Below are positions 1 to 9,247 of a stretch of 64,000 nt of DNA, piece after piece; the first letter of the stretch is position 1; the number at the start of each line of letters is the position of its first letter. The notes beneath the pieces are model-generated. The model had not been told where the DNA came from and did not search any database. It saw only the letters and a list, made by a program, of their open reading frames with translations. Both the position numbers and the translations under genes were made by a program. The stretch comes from a virus (lineage: Duplodnaviria > Heunggongvirae > Uroviricota > Caudoviricetes): the IMG/VR virus record IMGVR_UViG_3300048588_000114, positions 15,309-79,308 of that record, one strand, 5' to 3'.

Positions 1-8
1 TAGGATAT

Positions 9-1520
9 ATGTTTACACACTCGAAGTATCAATTAGGTTTATTCAATGAGATTGAAGAAGGCACTGGCAATATATTAGTAAAGGCAGTAGCTGGAAGCTC
101 TAAGACCTATTCAATAGTAGAGTCTCTCAATCATATATCTCCGATGAAGTCAATTGCTTTCTTTGCCTTTAACACACATATCGTGGAGGAGCTAAAGACT
201 AAGACACCATCCTACGTTGATATAACTACTTTACATAGCTTCGGTTGGAGGCATATGCAAGTTTACTACCGGGGCGTCAAGCTAAATCCTAATAAGGTCT
301 ATCAATACTGCGAGAAGCTATTGAAATTCAAAATCAAGGCAGAAGATCGTGGGTGGTATTTCATGACAATCGTGAGATTGATAGAGTTAATCAAATTTAA
401 TATCACTTTAAGCAAGAATAAGCTATTGGAGATGGCTTCTTTACATAATATGGACTATATCACTGAGGAAATACTAAAGGATGCTATAAACGTCTTTCAC
501 GTGACCTTAGAAGACAAAAGGCAATTTGACTTTACTGATATGATTTATGTCCCAGCTATACTGGATGACATAAGAATAAAGCAATATGATATAGTATTTG
601 TAGATGAGTGTCAAGATTTAAGCATTGCTCAGCAGCAACTACTCTACAGAGCAGTGAAGAGAAAAGGTGGTAGACTAATAGCAGTAGGCGATCCAAGACA
701 GGCAATATATGGCTTTGCTGGCTCTGATGCGATGAGCTTCAAGAGATTAGAGGAAAGACCGAATACAACTATTCTTCCACTTAGTGTTTGCTATCGTTGC
801 GCTAAAGAGATTGTTTATAAAGCCCAAGAGATAGTTGATGAGATAGAGCCATATGAAGAAAGTCCTGAGGGTGTCTATCGGACAGATGGTAAGATACATG
901 AGATGCGTAGGGGGGATTGGGTATTGTGTCGTAATGTTAAGCCATTAATCATTCTCTATATAGACCTCATCACCAAAGGGAAGTCTGCACACATTAAAGG
1001 TGAAGACATCGGTAGGTCTATAATAGCCCTATTAAAACAGACAAAGCAGAAGAGCATGGACGGCATAATCAGTAAACTGATTGATAAATACAAGCAGGTA
1101 CGTGCCGACCTCGCTAAGAAAGGGCATAAGAACCTTGAGAAACATCCTAAATTAGGACAACTTCAAGAGCATATATCAATCATAATGTTTCTCTCAGAGA
1201 AGTTCAATACAGTAGCCGAGGTAGAGAAAGCCATTGGTAGAATGTTTAAAGACAAGGGTGACGGCATACTTCTTAGTACAATCCATAAAGCGAAAGGATT
1301 AGAGAATGATAGGGTGTTTCTGATATGCCTTGACTTAATCCCCAGCAAATACGCCATTAAGCCGTGGCAGATTGAGCAGGAGGAGAATCTACTGTATGTT
1401 GCTTATACAAGGGCTAAGAAGGAACTTATAGTGGTGGATGACTTCAGAGATAGCGTTGAGGACTTTCTCAGCAAGGCAAGAGCAAACAAAAAACAGTTAA
1501 ATACAGAGTTACTAAGGTAA
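9..1520 (+). CDS. UvrD/PcrA/Rep-like superfamily-1 DNA helicase
   Basis: 503 aa. Walker A-like AVAGSSKTYS and Walker B VFVDECQDLS. SF1 motifs VGDPRQAIYGFAGSD, STIHKAKGLENDRVF and LYVAYTRAKKEL are present. Confidence 0.85.
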   Translation: MFTHSKYQLGLFNEIEEGTGNILVKAVAGSSKTYSIVESLNHISPMKSIAFFAFNTHIVEELKTKTPSYVDITTLHSFGWRHMQVYYRGVKLNPNKVYQYCEKLLKFKIKAEDRGWYFMTIVRLIELIKFNITLSKNKLLEMASLHNMDYITEEILKDAINVFHVTLEDKRQFDFTDMIYVPAILDDIRIKQYDIVFVDECQDLSIAQQQLLYRAVKRKGGRLIAVGDPRQAIYGFAGSDAMSFKRLEERPNTTILPLSVCYRCAKEIVYKAQEIVDEIEPYEESPEGVYRTDGKIHEMRRGDWVLCRNVKPLIILYIDLITKGKSAHIKGEDIGRSIIALLKQTKQKSMDGIISKLIDKYKQVRADLAKKGHKNLEKHPKLGQLQEHISIIMFLSEKFNTVAEVEKAIGRMFKDKGDGILLSTIHKAKGLENDRVFLICLDLIPSKYAIKPWQIEQEENLLYVAYTRAKKELIVVDDFRDSVEDFLSKARANKKQLNTELLR

Positions 1521-1530
1521 AGCAATTGTT

Positions 1531-2052
1531 ATGGAGGAAAGACCTAAGCCGCCTAAAGAGTTTGTGGAGCGATACAACAAACTCACTGCAGACCTAAAAG
1601 CATTAGGTCAGGAATTTGGCTTGTCTGAATATAACCTATTTTTCACTAAGTATGATGATGAATCAGGGAAATATCAGTGGGGCTACCATAACTATAAGAT
1701 TCAACACCCGTCTAACATTGATGCTTATCAACATAAGCTAAATGGACTGAAAGCAACCTTATTTGAAGAACAAAGATTTAGTGAGTTTCTAAATCTTAAA
1801 GAGTTCAATGTAGAGTGTCTGGATGATAACATGTCTCAGGAACTAAGAGATATACAAATCAGACAAGGCGGTGATTGGATAAGACGTGGAGAAACCTATA
1901 CAGTTTGGAAGAGAGGGAAACCAATTGGAGATGCTGGTGGCTTTACCTTTTTCCTGAAAGATAGAGAGGGTCAGTGCCTCGTGCCGCCATTCCCCTTTGA
2001 GGGTTGGCACTCTTCTCGTTTTAAGGTAGTTGATTACACTAAACTTAACTAA
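1531..2052 (+). CDS. hypothetical protein
   Basis: 173 aa ORF in the co-directional dense gene array; RBS-like GGAGG upstream. Confidence 0.5.
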   Translation: MEERPKPPKEFVERYNKLTADLKALGQEFGLSEYNLFFTKYDDESGKYQWGYHNYKIQHPSNIDAYQHKLNGLKATLFEEQRFSEFLNLKEFNVECLDDNMSQELRDIQIRQGGDWIRRGETYTVWKRGKPIGDAGGFTFFLKDREGQCLVPPFPFEGWHSSRFKVVDYTKLN

Positions 2053-2059
2053 AAAGACC

Positions 2060-2701
2060 ATGCCAGATACCATACAATATGCAGAGTTTCAGATGACCAG
2101 TGATTCTTACATCCTGAAGCTCAACGCAATTACGAATATTCTTTCCATTCAGTCCTATAATGATGTAGTATTAGGAGAAATACCCGGTACTTCTGTATTA
2201 GTCCGGGATTTTAGATACTCTACTAACGGAGGCAATACATATACTGCTTGGGCAACCCTTACTGACTTGGCTTTGCAGGCTATATCAGTGACTTTGACTC
2301 AAAGTATCTTATTTGAGTTTAGATATGTTAGGAGTGATTCAGGCTATAATCCATCTGTAATACGTCTAAAAGAATTCTTATTAGACAATATACAGGTTGA
2401 GGAGCACGTTGTACTTCGTGTTAACAGGGCTGTCTATGATTCAGTATATGGAACTCAAAAGTATTTAGATATTCTGGCTGCTCTCGATTCACTTAACACA
2501 TGGTCATTAGCTGCTCAGAATGTTTTCACCTACATAAAAGATGATAACACCGTGTCTGGACAGAATATATTGATTGATAATGTGCTTTCAAGTACTGTAA
2601 GGGACATTGATTTCAACATTTTACTACGGACAGAGTACGGCAAACGTCTAATAAAGATGTTTAATGACCTTGATATTAACCCTAATAATCCACGTTCATA
2701 A
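2060..2701 (+). CDS. hypothetical protein
   Basis: ORF 2030-2701; the internal ATG at 2060 avoids overlap with the upstream gene. Confidence 0.5.
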   Translation: MPDTIQYAEFQMTSDSYILKLNAITNILSIQSYNDVVLGEIPGTSVLVRDFRYSTNGGNTYTAWATLTDLALQAISVTLTQSILFEFRYVRSDSGYNPSVIRLKEFLLDNIQVEEHVVLRVNRAVYDSVYGTQKYLDILAALDSLNTWSLAAQNVFTYIKDDNTVSGQNILIDNVLSSTVRDIDFNILLRTEYGKRLIKMFNDLDINPNNPRS

Positions 2702-3003
2702 TGGCAAAGAAGAACGCCTTATTAGATAGAGACTTCACTGGAGAAGAAGAATACTATAAAAAGGTAGAGAGACCGGCAGATGAAGTAGAAAAAAAGAGCG
2801 AATTAGCTCCTCTTGCTAAGTATCACATACAATACCAAGTCGGGGGTCTTGATCCATATATAGATGAAATCAATGACTTAGAGTTCCGTTTGCTCCCTGT
2901 CCCAACTAATACTGAGATATTGGATGACTTAATCAAAGCACGTCCATCTCTTACTAATAAGAGAATGCACATTACCATCCTTAGATCGCAGGCAATTAGA
3001 TAA
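2701..3003 (+). CDS. hypothetical protein
   Basis: 100 aa ORF, start abuts previous stop (ATAATGG). Confidence 0.45.
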   Translation: MAKKNALLDRDFTGEEEYYKKVERPADEVEKKSELAPLAKYHIQYQVGGLDPYIDEINDLEFRLLPVPTNTEILDDLIKARPSLTNKRMHITILRSQAIR

Positions 3004-3005
3004 AT

Positions 3006-3224
3006 ATGGCTAGTCAAATCATAATCATTGAGAAAGCAGACAATGGGAATATATCCTATACTATAAACCCTAAAGAAGACATTCATTCTGTTGTTGGTGC
3101 TCTCCAGTTAGTTAGGAGAGTATTGGAAGCACAAATGGTCAGTGAAGTTTTATCAGCTAAAGCTATTGATAAAACTAACGATCATGATAATCAACATCAA
3201 CAATCTGAAGCAAACCCAAGCTAA
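3006..3224 (+). CDS. hypothetical small protein
   Basis: 72 aa ORF immediately after previous stop. Confidence 0.35.
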   Translation: MASQIIIIEKADNGNISYTINPKEDIHSVVGALQLVRRVLEAQMVSEVLSAKAIDKTNDHDNQHQQSEANPS

Positions 3225-3786
3225 ATTAGGCCATAAGTGGTTTGAAGATCAGCCTAACATCATCGGTATTAGAACTACTCTATGTATTCCTGATCAATTT
3301 AATGATGTATTAGCCATTGTCTATCGGGCAGATGGTAAAACCGGAGAAGAAAAGATATTCACTGCCATTATCACTACTGAGCCTGGCACAACTTATCAAA
3401 AAAAGCTATTAAATCCACGTGGTTGTGCTGTTATGCAACCCGGTCAATTCATTAATGCCTATAAGTTGGGCTATCATCAAGGAAAGAAAGACCATCGCTG
3501 TCTAAAGCAGGTAGGGAAGATTCTTTTGAAAAGAGATAAAGACTTGGATGGCATCCCAGGAAACTCAGGAGTTGTAGAGTGGAACACTGACGCCGGATGT
3601 AATATTCACGGAGCTAATAAGGGTCAAGTCACCGCAGCTATTGGGCCGTGGAGTGCTGGCTGTCAGGTTCACGAGAGATGGAGTAAAAAAGAAGAAATGT
3701 GCGATATAGCTCAAATCTACGAGAAAGTCAATAATGGTCTTCTGACTTACAGTCTTGTAGAGGAGCGATATATGGTGTCCGCTTAA
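3184..3786 (+). CDS. putative cell-wall-active enzyme with L,D-transpeptidase(YkuD)-like His...SxGC motif; candidate lysin
   Basis: CNIHGANKGQVTAAIGPWSAGCQVHE resembles the YkuD catalytic His-x(16-18)-S-x-G-C-[IV]-[RH] signature. A terminator follows at 3839-3867. Confidence 0.4.
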   Translation: MIININNLKQTQAKLGHKWFEDQPNIIGIRTTLCIPDQFNDVLAIVYRADGKTGEEKIFTAIITTEPGTTYQKKLLNPRGCAVMQPGQFINAYKLGYHQGKKDHRCLKQVGKILLKRDKDLDGIPGNSGVVEWNTDAGCNIHGANKGQVTAAIGPWSAGCQVHERWSKKEEMCDIAQIYEKVNNGLLTYSLVEERYMVSA

Positions 3787-3838
3787 CTAAAGTTATTACT
3801 AACGAAGTAATTGTTTTCATTCTTTCATTGTAGTTTTA

Positions 3839-3867
3839 GGCAGGGATTAGTCACCCCTGCCTTTTTC
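3839..3867 (+). terminator. rho-independent terminator
   Basis: GGCAGGG-loop-CCCTGCC hairpin followed by TTTTT. Confidence 0.6.
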
Positions 3868-3892
3868 ATTTTACTAAAGTTATTGGAGAGAT

Positions 3893-4171
3893 ATGCCTAA
3901 AAAATTTGGCGGCGCTAATGGCGAAGCCCTCCGATTAAATAAAGAAATTAAAGCTAATGAATTTAGCCGAAATCTTGCTGAATTTGACCGATTGACCAAC
4001 AGCCTGTTAAAGAGACTGGATTTATTAGAGGAATTTCTTATAGCTAATGATAAAGAGAAATCAGAAATACGGATATATAGTGTCTCTGAAGGATTCAGAC
4101 ATAATGCCGTGGGGGAAACACCAAGGGACAAGGCTGGGCAGCATCCCAGCAGACTACTACGAATGGCTTGA
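3893..4171 (+). CDS. hypothetical protein, possibly joined to the downstream DUF3820-like segment by a frame change
   Basis: First ~65 aa look coding (charged, helical). The reading then overlaps a conserved domain in another frame. Confidence 0.3.
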   Translation: MPKKFGGANGEALRLNKEIKANEFSRNLAEFDRLTNSLLKRLDLLEEFLIANDKEKSEIRIYSVSEGFRHNAVGETPRDKAGQHPSRLLRMA

Positions 4172-4232
4172 CGCTCAACCGTGGTGCCCGCCGGGTCTAA
4201 AAGCCTATATAGCTAAGAATAAAACAAAATAA
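4104..4232 (+). CDS. DUF3820-like domain (ExoX C-terminal / Qsr-like small domain)
   Basis: MPWGKHQGTRLGSIPADYYEWL matches the MPFGKYKGxxLxEIPxxYLxWL signature of DUF3820. ATG at 4104 lies inside ORF 4047-4232. Confidence 0.45.
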   Translation: MPWGKHQGTRLGSIPADYYEWLDAQPWCPPGLKAYIAKNKTK

Positions 4233-4233
4233 A

Positions 4234-4566
4234 TTGGGCTACGTCTACATACTCCATTTTGATAAGCCCTATAAGCATGCGGCTCACTATATTGGCTATG
4301 CTATAAAGGATTGGGAAGCGAGAATAGATGAGCATCGTAGAGGAATTAGCCGTGTAAGAATAATGGAAGTTATCAAAGCTGCTGGAATAGGCTTTGAGGT
4401 GGCTAAAGTATTTAAAAGAGTTCCGAAGACCTTTGAAAGGAAGTTAAAGAACCGTCACGGAGCGTCAAAGATATGTCCTATATGTAAAAAGAATAATCAT
4501 GGCAAAACAATACATAGTAAGAATCAACAAAAACCTCCGTTGGGAGGGAATGAAACCTTGGTATGA
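4234..4566 (+). CDS. GIY-YIG-like nuclease-domain protein with C-terminal Cys cluster
   Basis: GYVYILHF ... YIGYA ... RIDEHRRG fits the GIY-YIG core with conserved Arg/Glu. C-terminal CPICKKNNHG. Confidence 0.45.
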   Translation: MGYVYILHFDKPYKHAAHYIGYAIKDWEARIDEHRRGISRVRIMEVIKAAGIGFEVAKVFKRVPKTFERKLKNRHGASKICPICKKNNHGKTIHSKNQQKPPLGGNETLV

Positions 4567-5374
4567 CGCTTATCAGGAAGAGAAATTCCAAGTAAAGGAG
4601 AACTCAATCACTGATTGGGCACTAACCGATAAAGAATGGTGTCAAAAATATTTAGGAACCTCAACGGCTACGATTGATAAACGTCATTGCTCAGTAGTAT
4701 CTGAGGTCATTGAGAAGTTCTCTCCAGCAGTATTAGCTAAAGAATCAACTGATCAGGTTGAGAAATACCGTAAAAAGTATGGAGATAGGACAGGCAATGC
4801 TCTATCATCCCACTTAAATAGGGGAGAAAAGACTGTTTTTGAAAAAGCTATTAGTGAGACAACTGATAAGATACAAGAAATGGCAGATAAAGTGATGGAG
4901 AAAGATGGTTCACCTAAGGTTGATCTAACAAAGCAACCAACCCATTTCTCAGGCATGTTTGAACAACATTCAGAGAAGGTAGATGATAAAGCGATATATG
5001 GCGAGTGCGCTAGACATCCCGGTAACAATATGGTTGATTGTATTGAATGTTCTACAGAAGAAGCGACAATTGGCGATATTGGTCTAAAAACAAAGAAATC
5101 TGACTTTGAGAAACTTGAGGAGCCTAAAGATAAGAGCCGCAAACTACAAGACAAGGTTGCTCAGCCTGATAAAGAAACAGTAAAGAGACCCCCGCTTGGC
5201 GTGATACCTCGTTTTATCTATGAAGAGAAACGCCGTGAGCATCTTAAAGATGGTATGATTAGATTCTTAGAAGCTGGTAAGAAGTTAAATGATGAGTGGA
5301 TAGATGAATACAATGAATTAACCGATAAGATTGACGCCCGTCAACGGCTCGAAGAATCAAAAGCAAAGAAGTAA
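4499..5374 (+). CDS. hypothetical acidic protein
   Basis: 291 aa ORF; true start may be the internal ATG near 4550. Confidence 0.55.
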   Translation: MAKQYIVRINKNLRWEGMKPWYDAYQEEKFQVKENSITDWALTDKEWCQKYLGTSTATIDKRHCSVVSEVIEKFSPAVLAKESTDQVEKYRKKYGDRTGNALSSHLNRGEKTVFEKAISETTDKIQEMADKVMEKDGSPKVDLTKQPTHFSGMFEQHSEKVDDKAIYGECARHPGNNMVDCIECSTEEATIGDIGLKTKKSDFEKLEEPKDKSRKLQDKVAQPDKETVKRPPLGVIPRFIYEEKRREHLKDGMIRFLEAGKKLNDEWIDEYNELTDKIDARQRLEESKAKK

Positions 5375-5589
5375 TGTCAGAGAAACAAACTAAAGGCAAG
5401 AGCCTCCTTGAATCAATTGTAAATACGGCAGTTGGATATGCTGTTACTGTTATATTTAGCCCACTTATCTACTGGATTTGTGATGTTAAAGTGAACTTTA
5501 CCCAGATAAATCTAATAACAATCTTGTTCACATTCTTATCAATAGGAAGAAACTATGTTGTGAGGCGTTGGTTTAATAAAATTAGTTAA
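5374..5589 (+). CDS. small membrane protein
   Basis: 71 aa with two hydrophobic segments; ATGTCAG overlaps upstream stop. Confidence 0.45.
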   Translation: MSEKQTKGKSLLESIVNTAVGYAVTVIFSPLIYWICDVKVNFTQINLITILFTFLSIGRNYVVRRWFNKIS

Positions 5590-5591
5590 TA

Positions 5592-5888
5592 ATGAAGAAC
5601 GGCGAAAAAACAATTAATGATAAGTCTGTAGAAATCACTTATTCAAAAGACTATCAAGGCTTATCTGTATATATTAATGGCGTTGAGCATTTCAATTTCC
5701 TTTGGGATAACTATTCACACAGGCAACAATGGAAAGACGGATATGAAGGTGTTAGATTTATGATAGAAATTACAATGAAGGAAGGTGAACCACTACTGCT
5801 TGGCTATGACGACAGAGATACGTGGGTGCGAATTATAGCTATTCTCAATGGAGCCTCTTCAAAGAAAAAGAAGATATATCACGGATAA
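5592..5888 (+). CDS. hypothetical protein
   Basis: 98 aa ORF. Confidence 0.45.
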   Translation: MKNGEKTINDKSVEITYSKDYQGLSVYINGVEHFNFLWDNYSHRQQWKDGYEGVRFMIEITMKEGEPLLLGYDDRDTWVRIIAILNGASSKKKKIYHG

Positions 5889-5936
5889 AATTAATCAAGC
5901 TGATAATTAGTCATTTACCCAATAATGGATAAAAAT

Positions 5937-5980
5937 CTTTGAAATATATTTGGTTTATGGGGAAATTCGCCTTATCTTAG
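5937..5980 (+). promoter_or_regulatory. Bacteroidetes-type promoter (-33 TTTG, -7 TATCTTAG)
   Basis: CTTTGAAATATATTTGG, then a 20 nt spacer, then TATCTTAG, about 27 nt upstream of the ATG at 6008. Same architecture at 7670, 9183, 24614 and 42223. Confidence 0.55.
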
Positions 5981-6007
5981 TAGCGAATTAATAAACAACC
6001 TCAAACC

Positions 6008-6379
6008 ATGAAAAATCAACAAAGCACTAAAAAGACTAAAGTAAGTCAATTTCCTGAATCTTTCAATGATAGGATTCACGGCAAAGTAACTAAAGTAGGT
6101 GAAACCAAGAACGGCAATGGCGCTACTTATCTAATTAATGAAGGCGATCACGCTGGTGGTCATCTTTATTTAAAGCCAATTGAAGTACTTAGCCGCTTCA
6201 TTAAACTATCTAGTCAGCATCCCGCCACTTACAGATTAATTGATCTTTTAAAAGAAAAAAGCGTAACTGTTGCTGAATTTTTAGTGTTTCTGGAACTTGA
6301 TAAGTTCACAAAAGAAGAAATATTAGATACAAACTATATTTCAGAACGTATTGATATTCATAAATCTCATAAATCCTAA
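6008..6379 (+). CDS. hypothetical protein
   Basis: 123 aa ORF downstream of the promoter motif. Confidence 0.55.
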   Translation: MKNQQSTKKTKVSQFPESFNDRIHGKVTKVGETKNGNGATYLINEGDHAGGHLYLKPIEVLSRFIKLSSQHPATYRLIDLLKEKSVTVAEFLVFLELDKFTKEEILDTNYISERIDIHKSHKS

Positions 6380-6390
6380 ATCTCACAAAT

Positions 6391-6570
6391 ATGAAAAACG
6401 AAAAACCAACCCCGAAGCCACTGAAGTGGTATGAATTGCTTCCCTTTATTATTGCGGGAGTATTATTGTTAGTAACGGCTGTACTTGTATTATGTAACCC
6501 TCCAAAGCACCCGATGGGTCATCCAAGATTTTGGAAGTATCAGCAAACCGATACCGTTAAACACCATTAA
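6391..6570 (+). CDS. small membrane protein (59 aa)
   Basis: MKNEKPTPKPLKWYELLPFIIAGVLLLVTAVLVLC has one TM segment. Below the ORF-track cutoff, read manually. Confidence 0.3.
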   Translation: MKNEKPTPKPLKWYELLPFIIAGVLLLVTAVLVLCNPPKHPMGHPRFWKYQQTDTVKHH

Positions 6571-6644
6571 TTAACCCAGTAGCCCCCAGTTCAAAGAAAG
6601 GATTGGGGGCTATTAAAACCAATATAAATCTAAATCTCACTACA

Positions 6645-6953
6645 ATGAAAGACAATCAATTAACCCCGGAACAAATCACGAAGGCAGCGTTGAGTTGCAC
6701 TGCCCGTCAGATCGTTAGTAAACTCAAGAAAGAGGGAATACAAGTTAAGACCTGTACCCACCGTTCACAAGCTAAGCACCGCTGTGGATGCGACATCATG
6801 TTAGAGTTAAAGGAATATTCGATAGATAATATCATCGAAAGAGGCGATGACTTCTGTCTTACTCAGCATGAATGGCATATCTCAGGCTACACAGGCCGCT
6901 CAGGAGTAGAGCGCACCATTGTTCATATTGTACTTAAACCTACTTTAAACTAA
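6645..6953 (+). CDS. hypothetical protein with Cys/His cluster
   Basis: ORF 6603-6953; ATG at 6645 (MKDNQL) is the likely start. Confidence 0.45.
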   Translation: MKDNQLTPEQITKAALSCTARQIVSKLKKEGIQVKTCTHRSQAKHRCGCDIMLELKEYSIDNIIERGDDFCLTQHEWHISGYTGRSGVERTIVHIVLKPTLN

Positions 6954-6957
6954 TATC

Positions 6958-7611
6958 ATGACAACAGCAACAATTACAGTATATAGAACTCATCTAGGTT
7001 TAACTAATAGAAAATTCACCAAAGGAGAAGATGGTGTAGAAAGAATAGAACTTTATCCAGAAAATTTGGAGGTAAGAATACATTATGATTCTGGACAGAC
7101 AGTAATAACAACTGGCTTTCCGTATGAATTATTAGAGAAAGAGTTGCCTGAGGAAGAGATTGATCGCACTTTAACCCCGGAAGACAAGAAAGAACTCATG
7201 GAGGCTTTCTCAGTAGCCAGCGATAAAATAAAGGACGCTAAGTTGCTTGATTTTTATGTTACTTCTACTAATTTACTTCGTGAATATTGTGATAACAACA
7301 ATATTGGCAGGAAGGGAGAAAATATATTTGAGAGAGTGTTAGAGGCATTAGGCAATGCATCAGGAAGTCATCCGATGAGCCTTGAAGGGCTACATGTTTG
7401 TGTTAAGAGATATGTAAAATCACATTTCCCTAATGAGAAATTAGCGGTAACTGTGAGTTTCAAGTACTATTCAGTCAAAGTGGCTATGATTACTAATGCT
7501 AGTGCCTTAGAACTAAGAGAATTAGTAATGGATGGGCTAAAAGATAGGCCAAATGTGTCGTTTCCTAAACCAAAGGGCGCATCTGTTTATTTCAAGATAA
7601 ATCCAAAATAA
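6958..7611 (+). CDS. hypothetical protein
   Basis: 217 aa ORF. Confidence 0.55.
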   Translation: MTTATITVYRTHLGLTNRKFTKGEDGVERIELYPENLEVRIHYDSGQTVITTGFPYELLEKELPEEEIDRTLTPEDKKELMEAFSVASDKIKDAKLLDFYVTSTNLLREYCDNNNIGRKGENIFERVLEALGNASGSHPMSLEGLHVCVKRYVKSHFPNEKLAVTVSFKYYSVKVAMITNASALELRELVMDGLKDRPNVSFPKPKGASVYFKINPK

Positions 7612-7669
7612 ATAATCATACTATTATTCAGTAAGTTATACTGAACTGAATAAAATAGTTTGAAATATA

Positions 7670-7700
7670 TTTGGTTTTAGCTAAAAAGTCCGTATCTTAG
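7670..7700 (+). promoter_or_regulatory. Bacteroidetes-type promoter (TTTG, 19 nt spacer, TATCTTAG)
   Basis: GTTTGAAATATATTTGGTTTTAGCTAAAAAGTCCGTATCTTAG upstream of ATG at 7736; near-identical to the 5937 and 9183 copies. Confidence 0.55.
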
Positions 7701-7735
7701 TGGCTGAATTAATAACCTCTTAAAACAAAAAAATC

Positions 7736-8716
7736 ATGAAAAAGAACAAAAACTCAATGGAAACTGCTGTAAAAGTAGTAGTTAAGCAAATCGACTCAAC
7801 AGAAGAATGTACGCCTTTTGAAGGAAGCCCGGTGGAGGTGAGAGACCCTTCTAAGTATATAGGGCAAGAAGGCTTAGCCAAGCCTCAGGAAAGATCAAAA
7901 GGTGATCAACCGGGTAAATGGTATGATGTTACTTTCGCTGACGGGGCTGTAGGGACGTTTAAGAAAATCGAACTGGAGTTCTGGCCAGTGGTGTCTCCTC
8001 GCAATATCGTATCTTTTCAATTAGCTAATCAGCTATTTGAAGGTGGATTTAATGAGCCTTGTATCCAGTATTATGGTAGAAAATCATGTACTTTATATGG
8101 TAATGATTGGTTGGAAAGTGAAACAAAGCTAACAGATTACAACAATCAGCCTGGGCATGATGATATCATATCAGCGCCAACAGTAGAGCAGGCTAATGAA
8201 TGGTTAGCTAAAAAGAACGTTGAATTAGAGAACAAACTAAAAGAGCTAGAGCGTCAAGATGATATTGGCCTCGCTACCCTACATATCACTGATATTAAGG
8301 TGGATTATCTACGTCAGGCCATATTAGACAGCGATAACCCTAACAAAGTAGAGCGCACGTTGTTTGAGATTGCTCAGCAAGCAAATGATTTAGGGGAAGA
8401 AAGAGCAATTGAAGCCTTCGGCCCAGTGCTTACTAAAATAGCGATGAAATTATTTCCCGGCGTAGATGTTAACAGTAAGTTCGTTGAACCAAGGAATAAA
8501 TGGGTTGATGAATCAATCATAGAAGCCTTTAAATATGCTGGATATACTAATATTCACGAGACAAACGTTGAATTTAAGGACGGTGTATATTCAGTAACTT
8601 CTAGGAAACAAGATGCTGTTCGCATTGCAGACTTTGTAAAAGAAGCAGTTAAGGGAATAAAGCCATCCATTATCGACATAAATTCAAAGGTTTGCGAGTT
8701 ATCATTTCGCTTCTAA
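7736..8716 (+). CDS. hypothetical protein
   Basis: 326 aa ORF downstream of promoter. Confidence 0.6.
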   Translation: MKKNKNSMETAVKVVVKQIDSTEECTPFEGSPVEVRDPSKYIGQEGLAKPQERSKGDQPGKWYDVTFADGAVGTFKKIELEFWPVVSPRNIVSFQLANQLFEGGFNEPCIQYYGRKSCTLYGNDWLESETKLTDYNNQPGHDDIISAPTVEQANEWLAKKNVELENKLKELERQDDIGLATLHITDIKVDYLRQAILDSDNPNKVERTLFEIAQQANDLGEERAIEAFGPVLTKIAMKLFPGVDVNSKFVEPRNKWVDESIIEAFKYAGYTNIHETNVEFKDGVYSVTSRKQDAVRIADFVKEAVKGIKPSIIDINSKVCELSFRF

Positions 8717-8743
8717 CACAAATACTATAAACAACGAGAAATC

Positions 8744-9061
8744 ATGAACACACCGATAACAATACTAAAGACAACCGGGCCACTGAAGCTGATAACCGAT
8801 GGAAAAACAAGTGGTTGGGTGAAGCATAACTGGATCAACTTAGACGGTTCAATCAACAAGGAAGCCCAAGCCGCCTTATCCAAAGGGAAGCCGTATAACG
8901 GCACCGAACACGCCCTCACCATAAAGATATGGGTAGCTGAGGGAATGGCTGAGACGCACGCCCGGATAGCTCTCAAAGAGAAAGAAAGCAAGGGCGGGTT
9001 CCATACCTGGAAAGCAGAGCAGTACCGGGTGGAGGCCGTAAAACTCCGTGCTCAACGCTAA
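8744..9061 (+). CDS. hypothetical protein
   Basis: 105 aa ORF, followed by terminator. Confidence 0.5.
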   Translation: MNTPITILKTTGPLKLITDGKTSGWVKHNWINLDGSINKEAQAALSKGKPYNGTEHALTIKIWVAEGMAETHARIALKEKESKGGFHTWKAEQYRVEAVKLRAQR

Positions 9062-9089
9062 TCTGATTATTCCTTTCTGATTTATCCCA

Positions 9090-9121
9090 GTCCCGCCCCA
9101 ATAAGGCGGGATTGCTTTTTA
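9090..9121 (+). terminator. rho-independent terminator
   Basis: CCCGCC-CCAATAA-GGCGGG hairpin then ATTGCTTTTT. Confidence 0.65.
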
Positions 9122-9182
9122 AAATTAATTGCCCTAATAATCAGATAGTTATGAATTGAGGCCAAAAATAGTTTGAAATATA

Positions 9183-9214
9183 TTTGGTTTTTAGCTAAAG
9201 ACCCCTTATATTTG
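9183..9214 (+). promoter_or_regulatory. Bacteroidetes-type promoter (TTTG, 20 nt spacer, TATATTTG)
   Basis: AGTTTGAAATATATTTGGTTTTTAGCTAAAGACCCCTTATATTTG; the -7 box is a perfect TAnnTTTG. Confidence 0.6.
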
Positions 9215-9247
9215 TACTCACAAAACAACCTCAAAAACAAAGAAATC

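Noticed and set aside
1163-1357. Minus-strand ORFs embedded in + strand genes (e.g. 1163-1357, 4753-5154, 8725-8991, 13855-14178, 17938-18273, 19658-19997, 21868-22140, 35354-35761, 37662-37988, 48484-48717, 50192-50470, 57369-57691, 60488-60805)
   Set aside because: All lie wholly inside longer, motif-supported + strand genes, have odd composition and no start context; treated as antisense shadows of the coding frame.
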